From Candidatus Krumholzibacteriia bacterium (GTDB lineage: Bacteria > Krumholzibacteriota > Krumholzibacteriia > JAJRXK01), in assembly GCA_029932915.1 (NCBI GenBank), contig JAOZPE010000006.1, positions 6,384 through 70,383 of the forward strand: a stretch of DNA of 64,000 bases, in the 5' to 3' direction. The notes beneath the pieces were generated by a model. That model was given only the letters and a program-made list of their open reading frames with translations, was not told where the DNA came from and ran no database searches. Below, in pieces: positions 9,196-18,454 of the stretch. A program made the translations under genes and the position numbers. Numbering within the stretch: position 1 is the stretch's first letter; each line of letters begins with the position of its first letter.

Positions 9196-10155
9196 ATGGA
9201 CGTGAGCATCATCCTGTGCACCTTCGATCGCTGTGAGCTGTTGCCTGCGGTCGTGGATGATCTGCTCTCCCTCGAGGAGCCGCCGGACTGCGAGTGGGAG
9301 ATCGTGATCGTCGACAACAATTCCACCGACGATACGGCCGCGGTGGTGGCCGAGCTGGTGCAGAGGCATCCCGGCCGCATCCGTTCCTTCTTCGAGCCGC
9401 GTCAGGGCAAGTCCTTCGCGCTCAATCTCGGAGTGAAGAGCAGTGAGGCGGAGTTCCTGCTCTTCACCGACGACGATGTGCGCGTCGATGCCGGGTGGAT
9501 GAAGGCCATGGTCGAGCGCTTCCGCGGTGACCGGCGGTGCATGGGCATCGGCGGCCGCCTGCTGCCCATCCTGCCCGAGGGGGTCACCCCCGAGCTCGAC
9601 GAGGACGAGATCCGCACCTACCACAGCTTCGACTTCGGCGACGACCCCATGATCCTGCGGAACAATCCCTTCGGGGACAACATGGCCTACCGCCGTGAGG
9701 CCTTCGTCAAGTACGGCCTCTTCCGCACCGATCTGGGGCCGACCGCCTCGGACCGCGGGGGCCTGAGTGAGGACTCCGAGTTCGCCCGCCGCCTGATGGA
9801 CGCCGGCCAGACGGTGTGCTACGAGCCGCGGGCCATCGTCCATCACTACATCCGGGCCGAACGGCTCACGGTGGACTACCTCGACCGTTGGCATTTCCAG
9901 TACGGGCGTGCCCTGTGGAGGCGCGAGGAGCATCCCGAGAAGGTCGCGAGTCTGTTCTCCGTGCCCCGGTACCTGCTCCGGCAGCTCCTGCTGGAGTGGT
10001 TGAGGTGGTTGACGGCGCCCTCGGCCAAGGAACGCCGTCATCGTCACTGGAGGGTCCAACTGCTGCGAGGGCGCATCCACGAGGCCCGGCATGGTGACCC
10101 GCGTTCCCCGTCCATGGGAGTGGAATCGTATGAAGGTTCTCGTAACCGGCCATAG
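9196..10155 (+). CDS. Glycosyltransferase family 2
   Basis: MDVSIILCTFDR...IVIVDNNSTDDT...GKSFALNLG...FTDDD...GLSEDSE. Confidence 0.9.
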   Translation: MDVSIILCTFDRCELLPAVVDDLLSLEEPPDCEWEIVIVDNNSTDDTAAVVAELVQRHPGRIRSFFEPRQGKSFALNLGVKSSEAEFLLFTDDDVRVDAGWMKAMVERFRGDRRCMGIGGRLLPILPEGVTPELDEDEIRTYHSFDFGDDPMILRNNPFGDNMAYRREAFVKYGLFRTDLGPTASDRGGLSEDSEFARRLMDAGQTVCYEPRAIVHHYIRAERLTVDYLDRWHFQYGRALWRREEHPEKVASLFSVPRYLLRQLLLEWLRWLTAPSAKERRHRHWRVQLLRGRIHEARHGDPRSPSMGVESYEGSRNRP

Positions 10156-11173
10156 GGGCTACGTCGGATCGGTCCTGGTCCCGCATCTTCTCTCGGCGGG
10201 CCATGAAGTGGTGGGGATGGACATCGACCTCTACCGCCGCTGCAGCTACGGGGAGGACCCGGTCGAGGTCCCCGCGCTGGAGAAGGACATCCGGGACGCC
10301 GAAGCTTCCGACTTCGCCGGCATCGACGCGGTCATCCACCTGGCGGCGCTGTCCAACGACCCGCTGGGCGATCTCAATCCCGAGATCACCTGGGAGATCA
10401 ATCACCAGGGCGCGGTCCACGTGGCCGCCAAGGCTCGGCAGGCCGGGGTCGAACGCTTCATCATGGCCTCGACCTGCAGCAACTACGGCTCCGGTGGAGA
10501 CGAGCTTGTGGACGAGGAGGCACCGCTGCGGCCCATCACCGCCTATGCGCGCTCGAAGGTGCAGGCCGAGCGCGACATCACCCTTCTCGCCTCGGAGAAG
10601 TTCACTCCGGTGTTCCTGCGCTTCGCCACCGCCTACGGGGTGTCTCCGCGCCTGCGCTTCGACATCGTCCTGAACAACCTGGCCGCCTGGGGCTTCACCA
10701 CCGGGCGCATCCTGCTCAAGAGCGACGGTTCTCCCTGGCGTCCCCTGATCCACGTGGAGGACATGTCCCGGGCCTTCGCCGCCGTGCTCACCGCGCCACG
10801 GGAGGCGGTGCACGCGCAGGCCTTCAACGTGGCGCCCGAGGGCGAAAACTACCGCATCCGCCAGTTGGCCGAGATCGTCCAGGAGGAGAGTCCCTCGTGT
10901 TCGGTCGAATTCGCCGAGGGCGCCTCGGCCGATGCGCGCGACTACCGGGTGGACACTTCGAAGATCCGCCGTCTCGTCCCCGCTTTCCAGCCGCAGTGGA
11001 ATGCCCGCAAGGGCGCGCGCCAGCTGCTGGACACCTACCAGCGCCGCGGTCTGAAGCTGGAGGAGTTCGAGGGCCCCATCTACAACCGCATCGACCATGT
11101 GAAGATGCTCCTGGAGCAGGGTCTGCTCACGCCCCAGCTCCGTTGGACGGAAGGGGCCCGGCGCGACGGATGA
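10130..11173 (+). CDS. NAD-dependent epimerase/dehydratase (NDP-sugar)
   Basis: MKVLVTGHRGYVG Rossmann motif; HLAALSNDP; YARSK (YxxxK). Confidence 0.9.
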   Translation: MKVLVTGHRGYVGSVLVPHLLSAGHEVVGMDIDLYRRCSYGEDPVEVPALEKDIRDAEASDFAGIDAVIHLAALSNDPLGDLNPEITWEINHQGAVHVAAKARQAGVERFIMASTCSNYGSGGDELVDEEAPLRPITAYARSKVQAERDITLLASEKFTPVFLRFATAYGVSPRLRFDIVLNNLAAWGFTTGRILLKSDGSPWRPLIHVEDMSRAFAAVLTAPREAVHAQAFNVAPEGENYRIRQLAEIVQEESPSCSVEFAEGASADARDYRVDTSKIRRLVPAFQPQWNARKGARQLLDTYQRRGLKLEEFEGPIYNRIDHVKMLLEQGLLTPQLRWTEGARRDG

Positions 11174-11233
11174 ACCCGCGCCCATGTCGGCGGAGGAAGG
11201 AGTTCGGCCGTGGAGAAGAGGGAGGAGAAGGAG

Positions 11234-12469
11234 ATGACTTCGCGTTCGGTGTGCCGTTTCTGTGGCGCGCCCCTGGAGGAGGTCTTCGTCGATCTGGGGA
11301 TGTCGCCTCCTTGTGAGAGCTTCCTCTCGCGTGAACAGCTTCGCGAGATGGAGCCTTTCTACCCGCTGGTGGTCTACGTGTGCAAGGAGTGCCATCTCGT
11401 CCAGCTCGAGGAGATCGTCGACCCCGGTGAGATCTTCCGCGACTACGCCTATTATTCCTCGTACTCCAGCTCGTGGGTGGAGCACGCCCGCCGCTACACC
11501 GAGGACATGATCGGTCGCTTCGGTCTGGACGAGTCGAGCTTCGTGGTCGAAGTGGCCAGCAACGACGGCTACCTGCTGCAGCACTTCGTCAAGCGCGGCG
11601 TGCCGTGTCTGGGGATCGATCCGGCCGAGAACGTCGTGCTCGAGGCGCAGGAGAAGGGCGTGGAGACCCTGACGGAGTTCTTCGGCGAGGAGAGCGCCCG
11701 CCGGCTGGTCGCCGAGAGGGGCCGGGCCGATCTGGTGATCGGCAACAACGTGCTGGCCCAGGTGCACGAGATCAACGACTTCGTCGAGGGTATCGGTATC
11801 CTGCTCGCCGAGGACGGGGTGGCGACGCTCGAATTCCCGCACCTGATGCAGCTCATCGAGCAGAACCAGTACGACACCATCTACCACGAGCACTATTCGT
11901 ATTTCTCGTTCGTGACCGTCTCGCGTATCTTCGCCGCCCATGGGTTGCGACTGTTCCGGGTGGAGGAGCTGGGAACGCACGGTGGCTCACTGCGGATCTT
12001 CGCCTGTCATCAGGACGCTCCCCGGCCGGACGAGGAGAGCGTACGCGAGCTGCGCGAACGCGAGCTTGCGGCGGGTTACGACTCGATCGAGGCCTACCGC
12101 GGCTTCCAGGAACGCGTGCAGGCGCAGAAGAGGGACCTGCTCTCCTTCCTCATCGAGGCCAAGCGCCAGGGAAAGAGAGTGGTGGGTTACGGAGCGCCGG
12201 GAAAGGGCAATACCCTCTTGAACTATTGCGGGATCCGCGGTGATCTGCTCGAGTTCACTGTCGACCGCAATCCGCACAAGCAGGGGATGTTCACGCCGGG
12301 TACCCATATCCCCATCCTCCCGCCGGAGGCGATCGAACGGGAGAGGCCCGACTACCTGCTCATCCTGCCGTGGAATCTCAAGGACGAGATCGTCGAGCAG
12401 AATGGATTCATCCGCAAATGGGGTGGGCGTTTCGTCGTTCCCATTCCCGAGGTCGAGGTCTTGCCATGA
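11234..12469 (+). CDS. NDP-sugar C-methyltransferase (Zn-finger N-terminus, class I SAM domain, C-methyltransferase C-terminal domain)
   Basis: CRFCG...CKEC N-terminal Zn site; VEVASNDGYLL; YDTIYHEHYSYF; GYGAPGKGNTLLNY; ILPWN. Confidence 0.9.
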   Translation: MTSRSVCRFCGAPLEEVFVDLGMSPPCESFLSREQLREMEPFYPLVVYVCKECHLVQLEEIVDPGEIFRDYAYYSSYSSSWVEHARRYTEDMIGRFGLDESSFVVEVASNDGYLLQHFVKRGVPCLGIDPAENVVLEAQEKGVETLTEFFGEESARRLVAERGRADLVIGNNVLAQVHEINDFVEGIGILLAEDGVATLEFPHLMQLIEQNQYDTIYHEHYSYFSFVTVSRIFAAHGLRLFRVEELGTHGGSLRIFACHQDAPRPDEESVRELRERELAAGYDSIEAYRGFQERVQAQKRDLLSFLIEAKRQGKRVVGYGAPGKGNTLLNYCGIRGDLLEFTVDRNPHKQGMFTPGTHIPILPPEAIERERPDYLLILPWNLKDEIVEQNGFIRKWGGRFVVPIPEVEVLP

Positions 12470-13014
12470 TCTTCCATCCGATCGAGATCGAAGGGGCCTG
12501 GTGGATCGAGCCCGAACTGCTGGAGGACGAACGGGGTTTCTTCGCCCGTTCGTTCTGTCAGAAGGAGTTCACCGATCACGGCCTCAATCCGCGCGTGGCC
12601 CAGTGCAACATCTCCGGGAACCTCAAGGCAGGGACCCTGCGGGGGATGCACGCCCAGTTGTCACCGTATCAGGAGGCGAAGCTGGTCCGGTGCACCCGTG
12701 GTGAACTGTACGACGTCATTCTCGACCTGAGGCCGGAGTCGGCGACCTATCTGCAGCACTTCGGCCTGGTCCTCAGCGCCGACAACCATCGCATGATGTA
12801 CGTGCCCGAGGGGGTCTACCACGGTTACATCACCCTGGTGGACGACACCGAGGTGTTCTACCAGATCTCCCAGGAGTACGTGGCCAAGGCCGGCGACGGG
12901 GTGCGTTGGAACGATCCGGCCTTCGGTATCGAGTGGCCCCGCCCGGTCGAGGTCATCAACGAACGGGACGCCAGCTATCCCGACTATGTCCCCGCGCGCG
13001 GGAGGGGCATGTAG
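12466..13014 (+). CDS. rfbC: dTDP-4-dehydrorhamnose 3,5-epimerase family
   Basis: DERGFFAR, GTLRGMH, KLVRCTRG, YVPEGVYHG, WNDPAFGIEWP motifs; ATGA overlap with the upstream gene. Confidence 0.9.
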   Translation: MIFHPIEIEGAWWIEPELLEDERGFFARSFCQKEFTDHGLNPRVAQCNISGNLKAGTLRGMHAQLSPYQEAKLVRCTRGELYDVILDLRPESATYLQHFGLVLSADNHRMMYVPEGVYHGYITLVDDTEVFYQISQEYVAKAGDGVRWNDPAFGIEWPRPVEVINERDASYPDYVPARGRGM

Positions 13015-13063
13015 GGACCGGCCATACGATCGGCACGAGGCCGTGAGAAAGGGGATCGAGGGC

Positions 13064-14383
13064 ATGAATGCGGCGGACGAGCACGCGTGGATTCTCGACG
13101 ATGTGGAAGCCGAGGGCCGCGGTCTGCACGCCCTGGCGTCCGAGCTCTTCCCCCTGCTCCGTTCGATCACCGGGGAAGGCCTGCGGCAGACCCTGCGCAC
13201 CCTCGGCGACGGCCTGCCCTTCACCCTGCACGAGGTGCCCTCGGGAACGCCCATCTTCGATTGGACGGTTCCCGACGAGTGGAATTGCCGGAGGGCGTGG
13301 ATCAAGGATCCCCAGGGCCAGGTGGTGGTGGATACCGCCGACAGCAACCTGCACATCATGGGCTACAGCCTTCCTCTCCACGAGAAGATGCCGCTGTCGC
13401 GTCTGCAGGAGCATCTGTATTCGCTGCCCGAACACGAGGATCTCATTCCCTGGAAGACCTCCTACTACCGCCGCGACTGGGGATTCAGTCTCACCGACCG
13501 CCGCCGCCGCGAGCTCGTCGAGGGCGAGTACGAGGTGTTCATCGACGCCGAGTTGAAGCCGGGCAGCTTGAGCTACGGCGAGGTGGTGTTGCCGGGCCGC
13601 CGGAGCGAGGAGATCCTCATCTCGTCCCATGCCTGTCACCCCTCGCTGGCGAACGACAACCTCTCGGGCCTGGTGGTGACCCGCCGCCTCGCGCAGATCC
13701 TCGCGGAAAGGCCGCGACGCTGGACCTATCGCTTCGTCTGGGCGCCGGGGACCGTCGGCAGCATCGCCTTCCTGGCCGGACACGAGGAGATCCTCCCCCG
13801 CGTGCGCGGCGGTCTGGTGGTGGCGGGAGTGGGTGACCCCGGCCCGCTCAGCTACAAGCGCAGCCGCGAGGGACGCGCCCAGATCGACCGCATCGTCGAG
13901 CGGGTGCTGCGCCGGCGCGAGAAGAAGTACCGCGTCTTCCCCTTCACCCCCGACGGCTACGACGAGCGTCAGTACAACTCACCGGGTATCGGGCTGCCGG
14001 TGGGCCGCCTCTCGCGCACTCCGTGGGGGAGCTATCCCCAGTACCACACCTCCGGCGACGACCTGCAGTTCATCACGCCCGAGTCGCTGGCGTCTTCGCT
14101 GGCCGTGTTGTTGGAGGTGTGCGGCCAATGGGAGCAGGGCGTCTACTATCGCAACCTGCGGAGCAAGGGCGAGCCTCAACTGGGACGGCGGGGCCTGTAC
14201 GCCGCTCTCGGCGGCCACCGCGGCCGCGACGAGCGGGAAGCGGCCATGTTGTGGCTGCTCAATTTCTCCGACGGAAGCCACTCGCTGGCCGACATCGAGG
14301 ACGAGAGCGGTATCGACCGGGCCCTGCTGGAGGAAATGGCCGGGATCCTGCAAGAGCACGAACTCTTGAGCCTGGAGGATTGA
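13064..14383 (+). CDS. DUF4910-type polysaccharide-biosynthesis protein (aminopeptidase-like fold with C-terminal wHTH)
   Basis: RSITGEGLRQTL, FDWTVPDEWN, SNLHIMGYS, TSYY, HACHPSLANDNLSG, YDERQYNSPG, YHTSGDDL, GEPQLGRRGLY. Confidence 0.85.
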   Translation: MNAADEHAWILDDVEAEGRGLHALASELFPLLRSITGEGLRQTLRTLGDGLPFTLHEVPSGTPIFDWTVPDEWNCRRAWIKDPQGQVVVDTADSNLHIMGYSLPLHEKMPLSRLQEHLYSLPEHEDLIPWKTSYYRRDWGFSLTDRRRRELVEGEYEVFIDAELKPGSLSYGEVVLPGRRSEEILISSHACHPSLANDNLSGLVVTRRLAQILAERPRRWTYRFVWAPGTVGSIAFLAGHEEILPRVRGGLVVAGVGDPGPLSYKRSREGRAQIDRIVERVLRRREKKYRVFPFTPDGYDERQYNSPGIGLPVGRLSRTPWGSYPQYHTSGDDLQFITPESLASSLAVLLEVCGQWEQGVYYRNLRSKGEPQLGRRGLYAALGGHRGRDEREAAMLWLLNFSDGSHSLADIEDESGIDRALLEEMAGILQEHELLSLED

Positions 14384-14385
14384 CG

Positions 14386-15720
14386 ATGGCCGAGAAGATC
14401 GAGACCGGCGAGCGCTCCTACATCCGATCGAAGGAACTGAGCCGCCGCGCCCACGAGATCATTCCCGGAGGCTGTCACACCTACGCCAAGGGGGACGACC
14501 AGTACCCCGAACAGGCCCCGGGCTTCATCGCGCGCGGTGAGGGTTCGCACGTCTGGGATGTCGACGGCAACGAGTTCATCGAGTATGGGATGGGCCTGCG
14601 CGCGGTCACCCTGGGACACGCCTTCCCGCCGGTGATCGAAGCCGTCCGCCGGCAGTTGCACGAGGGCACGAACTTCACCCGGCCCTCCTATCTCGAGGTG
14701 GAGTGCGCCGAATCGCTGCTCTCGTTCCTGCCGCGGGCGGAGATGGTGAAGTTCTGCAAGGACGGTTCGACGGCGACCGCGGGTGCGGTCCGCCTGGCCC
14801 GGGCCCACACCGGACGCGACCGGATCGCCTATTGCCGGGATCATCCCTTCTTCTCCTACGAGGACTGGTTCATCGGAACCACCGCGCTCGACGCGGGCAT
14901 CCCCCGCTCGACCGTCGAGCTGAGCGTGCCCTTCTCCTACAACGACATCGAGAGTCTCGAGCGTCTCTTCGCCGAGTATCCGGGCGAGATCGCCGGGGTG
15001 ATCCTCGAGCCCGAACGGGAGGAGCCGCCTCGGGACGGCTTCCTGCAGAAGGTGGAGGAGTTGTGCCGGCGCGAGGGCGCGCTGTTCATCCTCGACGAGA
15101 TGATCACCGGTTTCCGCTGGGATGTCGGCGGGGCCCAGGGACTCTATGGGGTCGATCCCGACCTGTCCTGCTTCGGCAAGGCCATGGCCAACGGCTTCTC
15201 CCTGTCGGCCCTGGTGGGCAAGCGCGAGGTGATGGAACTCGGCGGCTGGGACCACGACCGCGACCGGGTCTTCCTGCTGTCGACCACCCACGGCGCCGAG
15301 GGTCACGCCCTGGCCGCGGCGATGGCGGTGCACGAGGTATACCGCACCGAGGATGTCATCGGGACCCTGCACCGGCAGGGGGAACGCCTGCGCGCCGGGG
15401 TGGATGGGGTCACGGCCGAGATGGGCCTGGAGGACTACTTCGGGGTCAGCGGGCGCGACTGCAACCTCGTCTACGTCACCCGGGACGGCCGGGGAGAGCG
15501 CTCGCAGGAATTCCGCACCTTGTTCATGCAGGAGATGATCAAGAGGGGTATCCTGGGCCCGTCCTTCGTCGTCTCCTATTCCCATTCGGACGACGACATC
15601 GATCGCACCGTCGATGCGGTGGCCGAGTCACTGAAGATCTACGCCCGGGCGCTCGAGGACGGCGTGGATCGGTACCTGGAAGGAAGACCGGTCCGACCGG
15701 TCGATCGGAAACGAGGATAG
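14386..15720 (+). CDS. Class III aminotransferase (glutamate-1-semialdehyde aminomutase-like), probably acting on a sugar
   Basis: HTYAKGDDQYP, DVDGNEFIEYGMG, FILDEMITGFR, FGKAMANG (PLP Lys); embedded in the sugar operon. Confidence 0.85.
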   Translation: MAEKIETGERSYIRSKELSRRAHEIIPGGCHTYAKGDDQYPEQAPGFIARGEGSHVWDVDGNEFIEYGMGLRAVTLGHAFPPVIEAVRRQLHEGTNFTRPSYLEVECAESLLSFLPRAEMVKFCKDGSTATAGAVRLARAHTGRDRIAYCRDHPFFSYEDWFIGTTALDAGIPRSTVELSVPFSYNDIESLERLFAEYPGEIAGVILEPEREEPPRDGFLQKVEELCRREGALFILDEMITGFRWDVGGAQGLYGVDPDLSCFGKAMANGFSLSALVGKREVMELGGWDHDRDRVFLLSTTHGAEGHALAAAMAVHEVYRTEDVIGTLHRQGERLRAGVDGVTAEMGLEDYFGVSGRDCNLVYVTRDGRGERSQEFRTLFMQEMIKRGILGPSFVVSYSHSDDDIDRTVDAVAESLKIYARALEDGVDRYLEGRPVRPVDRKRG

Positions 15721-15725
15721 GACCC

Positions 15726-16517
15726 ATGAAGGTCGTTCTTTTCTGTGGTGGTCTGGGACTGAGGCTGCGGGAGTACTCCGAAAACATCCCCAAGCCGATG
15801 GTCAAGGTGGGCAAGCATCCCATCCTGTGGCAGGTGATGCGGTACTACGCGCACTACGGGCACAAGGACTTCATCCTCTGCCTCGGCTACAAGGGCGAGA
15901 TGATCAAGGACTACTTCCTTCACTACGACGAGGCCATGACCAACGATTTCGTCATGTCCGACGGGGGGCGGAGGATCGAACTCTTCGGCAGCGACATCGA
16001 CGACTGGAAGATCACCTTCGTCGACACCGGCATCCAGGCCAACATCGGCGAACGGCTGCGCGCGGTACGTGAGCATCTCGAAGGAGAAGAGGTCTTCCTC
16101 GCCAACTACACCGACGGGCTCACCGATCTGCCCCTGGACGAGTATGTGTCGTATGCTCTGGCCCAGGACAAGACAGCCTGCTTCCTCTCGGTGCGTCCCA
16201 CCGCCAGCTTCCACGTGGTCGAATCCGATCCGGATGGGACGGTCACCAAGATCGCTCCGGTGGCCGAGGCGACCCGCATCAACTGCGGGTATTTCGTCTT
16301 GAAACAGAGCATCTTCGATGCGATGGAGGAGGGAGACGATCTGGTCACCGCGCCCTTCCAGCGCCTGATCCAGCAGCGCGAACTGGTCACCTATGAGTAC
16401 GACGGCTTCTGGGAGTGCATGGACACCTTCAAGGATCGCCAGATGCTCGAGGACATGGTACAGCGGGGGGAGAAGCCCTGGCAGGTGTGGGCCAACGAGA
16501 AGAAGGGCGGCAAGTAG
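15726..16517 (+). CDS. rfbF: Glucose-1-phosphate cytidylyltransferase
   Basis: MKVVLFCGGLGLRLRE...PKPMV...CLGYKG...INCGYFV...GFWECMDTFKD. Confidence 0.88.
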   Translation: MKVVLFCGGLGLRLREYSENIPKPMVKVGKHPILWQVMRYYAHYGHKDFILCLGYKGEMIKDYFLHYDEAMTNDFVMSDGGRRIELFGSDIDDWKITFVDTGIQANIGERLRAVREHLEGEEVFLANYTDGLTDLPLDEYVSYALAQDKTACFLSVRPTASFHVVESDPDGTVTKIAPVAEATRINCGYFVLKQSIFDAMEEGDDLVTAPFQRLIQQRELVTYEYDGFWECMDTFKDRQMLEDMVQRGEKPWQVWANEKKGGK

Positions 16518-16561
16518 ACGAAGCGGAGTCCGGTCCGCCGAAGGAAGGGGAAGTGAGCAGG

Positions 16562-17212
16562 ATGATGCAGTTGCGTCTCGATGAGGGTCCTCTCGACATC
16601 CTCTGCCTGGGCGCGCATCCCGACGACATCGAGATCGGGTGCGGGGGAAGTCTGCTGGAGATCCTCCACCGGCATCCGGGCAGCCGCGTCGACTGGGTGG
16701 TCCTTGCGGCGTCCGGGGAACGGGCGGAGGAGGGCCGCTGTGCCGCCCGGCGTTTCCTGGAGGAGGCCGCCGACAGCGAATCCATCTTCCACGACTTCCA
16801 GGACGGGTTCCTTCCCGACTCCTGGGCGCAGGTGAAGCGCCGCTTCGAGGAGCTGAAGCAGCGCCGGCGTCCCGATGTGGTCTTCACCCACTGGTCGCAG
16901 GACGCCCACCAGGACCACCGCCTGGTGAGCGAACTCACCTGGAACACCTTCCGTGACCACCTGATCGTCGAGTACGAGATCCCCAAGTACGACGGCGATC
17001 TGGGCCGCCCGAACCTCTTCGTTCCCCTCAGCGGGGACGCATTGCGCCGGAAGATCTCCATCCTGATGGAGTGCCACGGGAGTCAGGCCGGCAAGGACTG
17101 GTTCGACGAGGAACTCTTCCGGGGCCTGGCCCGCGTGCGGGGCATGGAGTGCCGCTCACCGGAGGGCTGGGCCGAGGCCTTCCATCTGCGCAAGCTCACC
17201 CTGCAGGCCTAG
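16562..17212 (+). CDS. PIG-L family deacetylase
   Basis: GAHPDDIEIGCGG, DAHQDH, EYEIPKYDGDLG motifs. Confidence 0.88.
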   Translation: MMQLRLDEGPLDILCLGAHPDDIEIGCGGSLLEILHRHPGSRVDWVVLAASGERAEEGRCAARRFLEEAADSESIFHDFQDGFLPDSWAQVKRRFEELKQRRRPDVVFTHWSQDAHQDHRLVSELTWNTFRDHLIVEYEIPKYDGDLGRPNLFVPLSGDALRRKISILMECHGSQAGKDWFDEELFRGLARVRGMECRSPEGWAEAFHLRKLTLQA

Positions 17213-17248
17213 GGCCGCCGCTTCCAGCTGGCTTGGGGATCCGCCGAT

Positions 17249-18148
17249 CTACTCTTCGCCCTGTCCTGAGCGCTGTCCTTCGTCCGGTCGCATCCGCAGG
17301 ACCGCCCATATGGGAAAGTGATCGCTGGCGCGCGCGTTGGTGACGATACCGGTGCCGGCTACCTGGAATCCACGGCAGAAGATGTGGTCGAGGACGATCC
17401 GGCCGGCGAAGAAGAAACCGGGCTTCTTGCGCACCGTCGACTCCGGAGGAAGGCGCGCCGGCCGAAAGCCCGCCCGGCGGAAGCGGTCGCGCAGGGTGGC
17501 GACGTCGTTGTCCAGGGCGGTGTTGAAGTCACCTCCGACGATGACCCGCCACCGGCTTCGCCGCAGGTGCTCGATGATGGTCTCGATCTGGGAGATGCGC
17601 TGGTCGTGGGGCGTGACGACGGTGGAGGTGTGGACGCTCGCCACCAGGACCGTATCGGAAGCCACCAGCGCCACGGCTGCGGTCAGGACCCTCTGGGTTC
17701 CGGCGAAGGGACCGTGGTGGGGCAGGAGCACGAGCTCGGGCTCCACGAGCGGCCAGCGCGAGAGGATGGCGTTTCCGAAGAGGCGGTGGTGCTTGGGGTG
17801 GATCGAAGCGGGGAAGTAGACGAAGTCGTAGTGGAGACCTTCGGCCAGTCGACGGACGCCCTCGGGATCCATCTCCTGCAGCAGCAGGAAATCGGCGCGG
17901 CGGGTGGTGGAATCGCCCCGAAGATCCTGCTCGGCCTGTTCCAGGTGTTCTCCGTACTGGATGTTGTAGCTGACCACGATCAGGGAATCGGCGGCCGACG
18001 CCCGGGCTGGTGCGAAGCGTCCCTGGGCGAGGTCGTCGCCACTGGGACGGAAGGATGCAGGCGTACAGGCGCCCAGATATGCGGAGACGAACACGAGACC
18101 GGCGAGGACCGCTGCGATCCGGGTTGGGCCACCTCGCATGGAAGCCAC
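17249..18148 (-). CDS. Endonuclease/exonuclease/phosphatase (EEP) family lipoprotein
   Basis: Lipobox-like YLGAC; SYNIQ, LLQE, GNAILSRWP, GGDFN, LDHIF, SDHFP; AAGGAG RBS 9 nt before GTG 18148. Confidence 0.88.
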   Translation of the reverse strand: MASMRGGPTRIAAVLAGLVFVSAYLGACTPASFRPSGDDLAQGRFAPARASAADSLIVVSYNIQYGEHLEQAEQDLRGDSTTRRADFLLLQEMDPEGVRRLAEGLHYDFVYFPASIHPKHHRLFGNAILSRWPLVEPELVLLPHHGPFAGTQRVLTAAVALVASDTVLVASVHTSTVVTPHDQRISQIETIIEHLRRSRWRVIVGGDFNTALDNDVATLRDRFRRAGFRPARLPPESTVRKKPGFFFAGRIVLDHIFCRGFQVAGTGIVTNARASDHFPIWAVLRMRPDEGQRSGQGEE

Positions 18149-18154
18149 GTCTGC

Positions 18155-18345
18155 TCACTCCTTGTCGCTGCGTCGCCGGTGCTCGTTGCTGAGCGTCTTC
18201 ATCACATCGGGGTCGGGGAGGGTCGAAGTATCGCCCAGACCGTCGTACTCTCCCGAGGTGATCTTGCGCGGGATGCGACGCATGATCTTTCCGCTGCGCG
18301 TCTTGGACAGTCCCCGGTGAAGTAGTAGCCGGGGTACTGGCTGAC
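18155..18345 (-). pseudogene. acs: Acetyl-CoA synthetase 3' remnant with internal deletion and frameshift
   Basis: Minus strand reads [11 protein letters not shown] in one frame, joined to [37 protein letters not shown] in another. Both are characteristic Acs segments normally about 100 aa apart. Confidence 0.85.
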
Positions 18346-18454
18346 GGCAGGAGAGTGATGGGGATGCCGTCGGCGTCGCGGCGATCATATCCCATCGTCC
18401 GCCTTTCGTGCAGCAATCTTGTCCCATTCGGCGGCCTTGACGGATCGTTCGGCC

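Noticed and set aside
14386-15720. Calling the aminotransferase hemL (tetrapyrrole biosynthesis)
   Set aside because: It is embedded and translationally coupled in a sugar operon with no hem genes nearby; a sugar-pathway paralogue is more likely.
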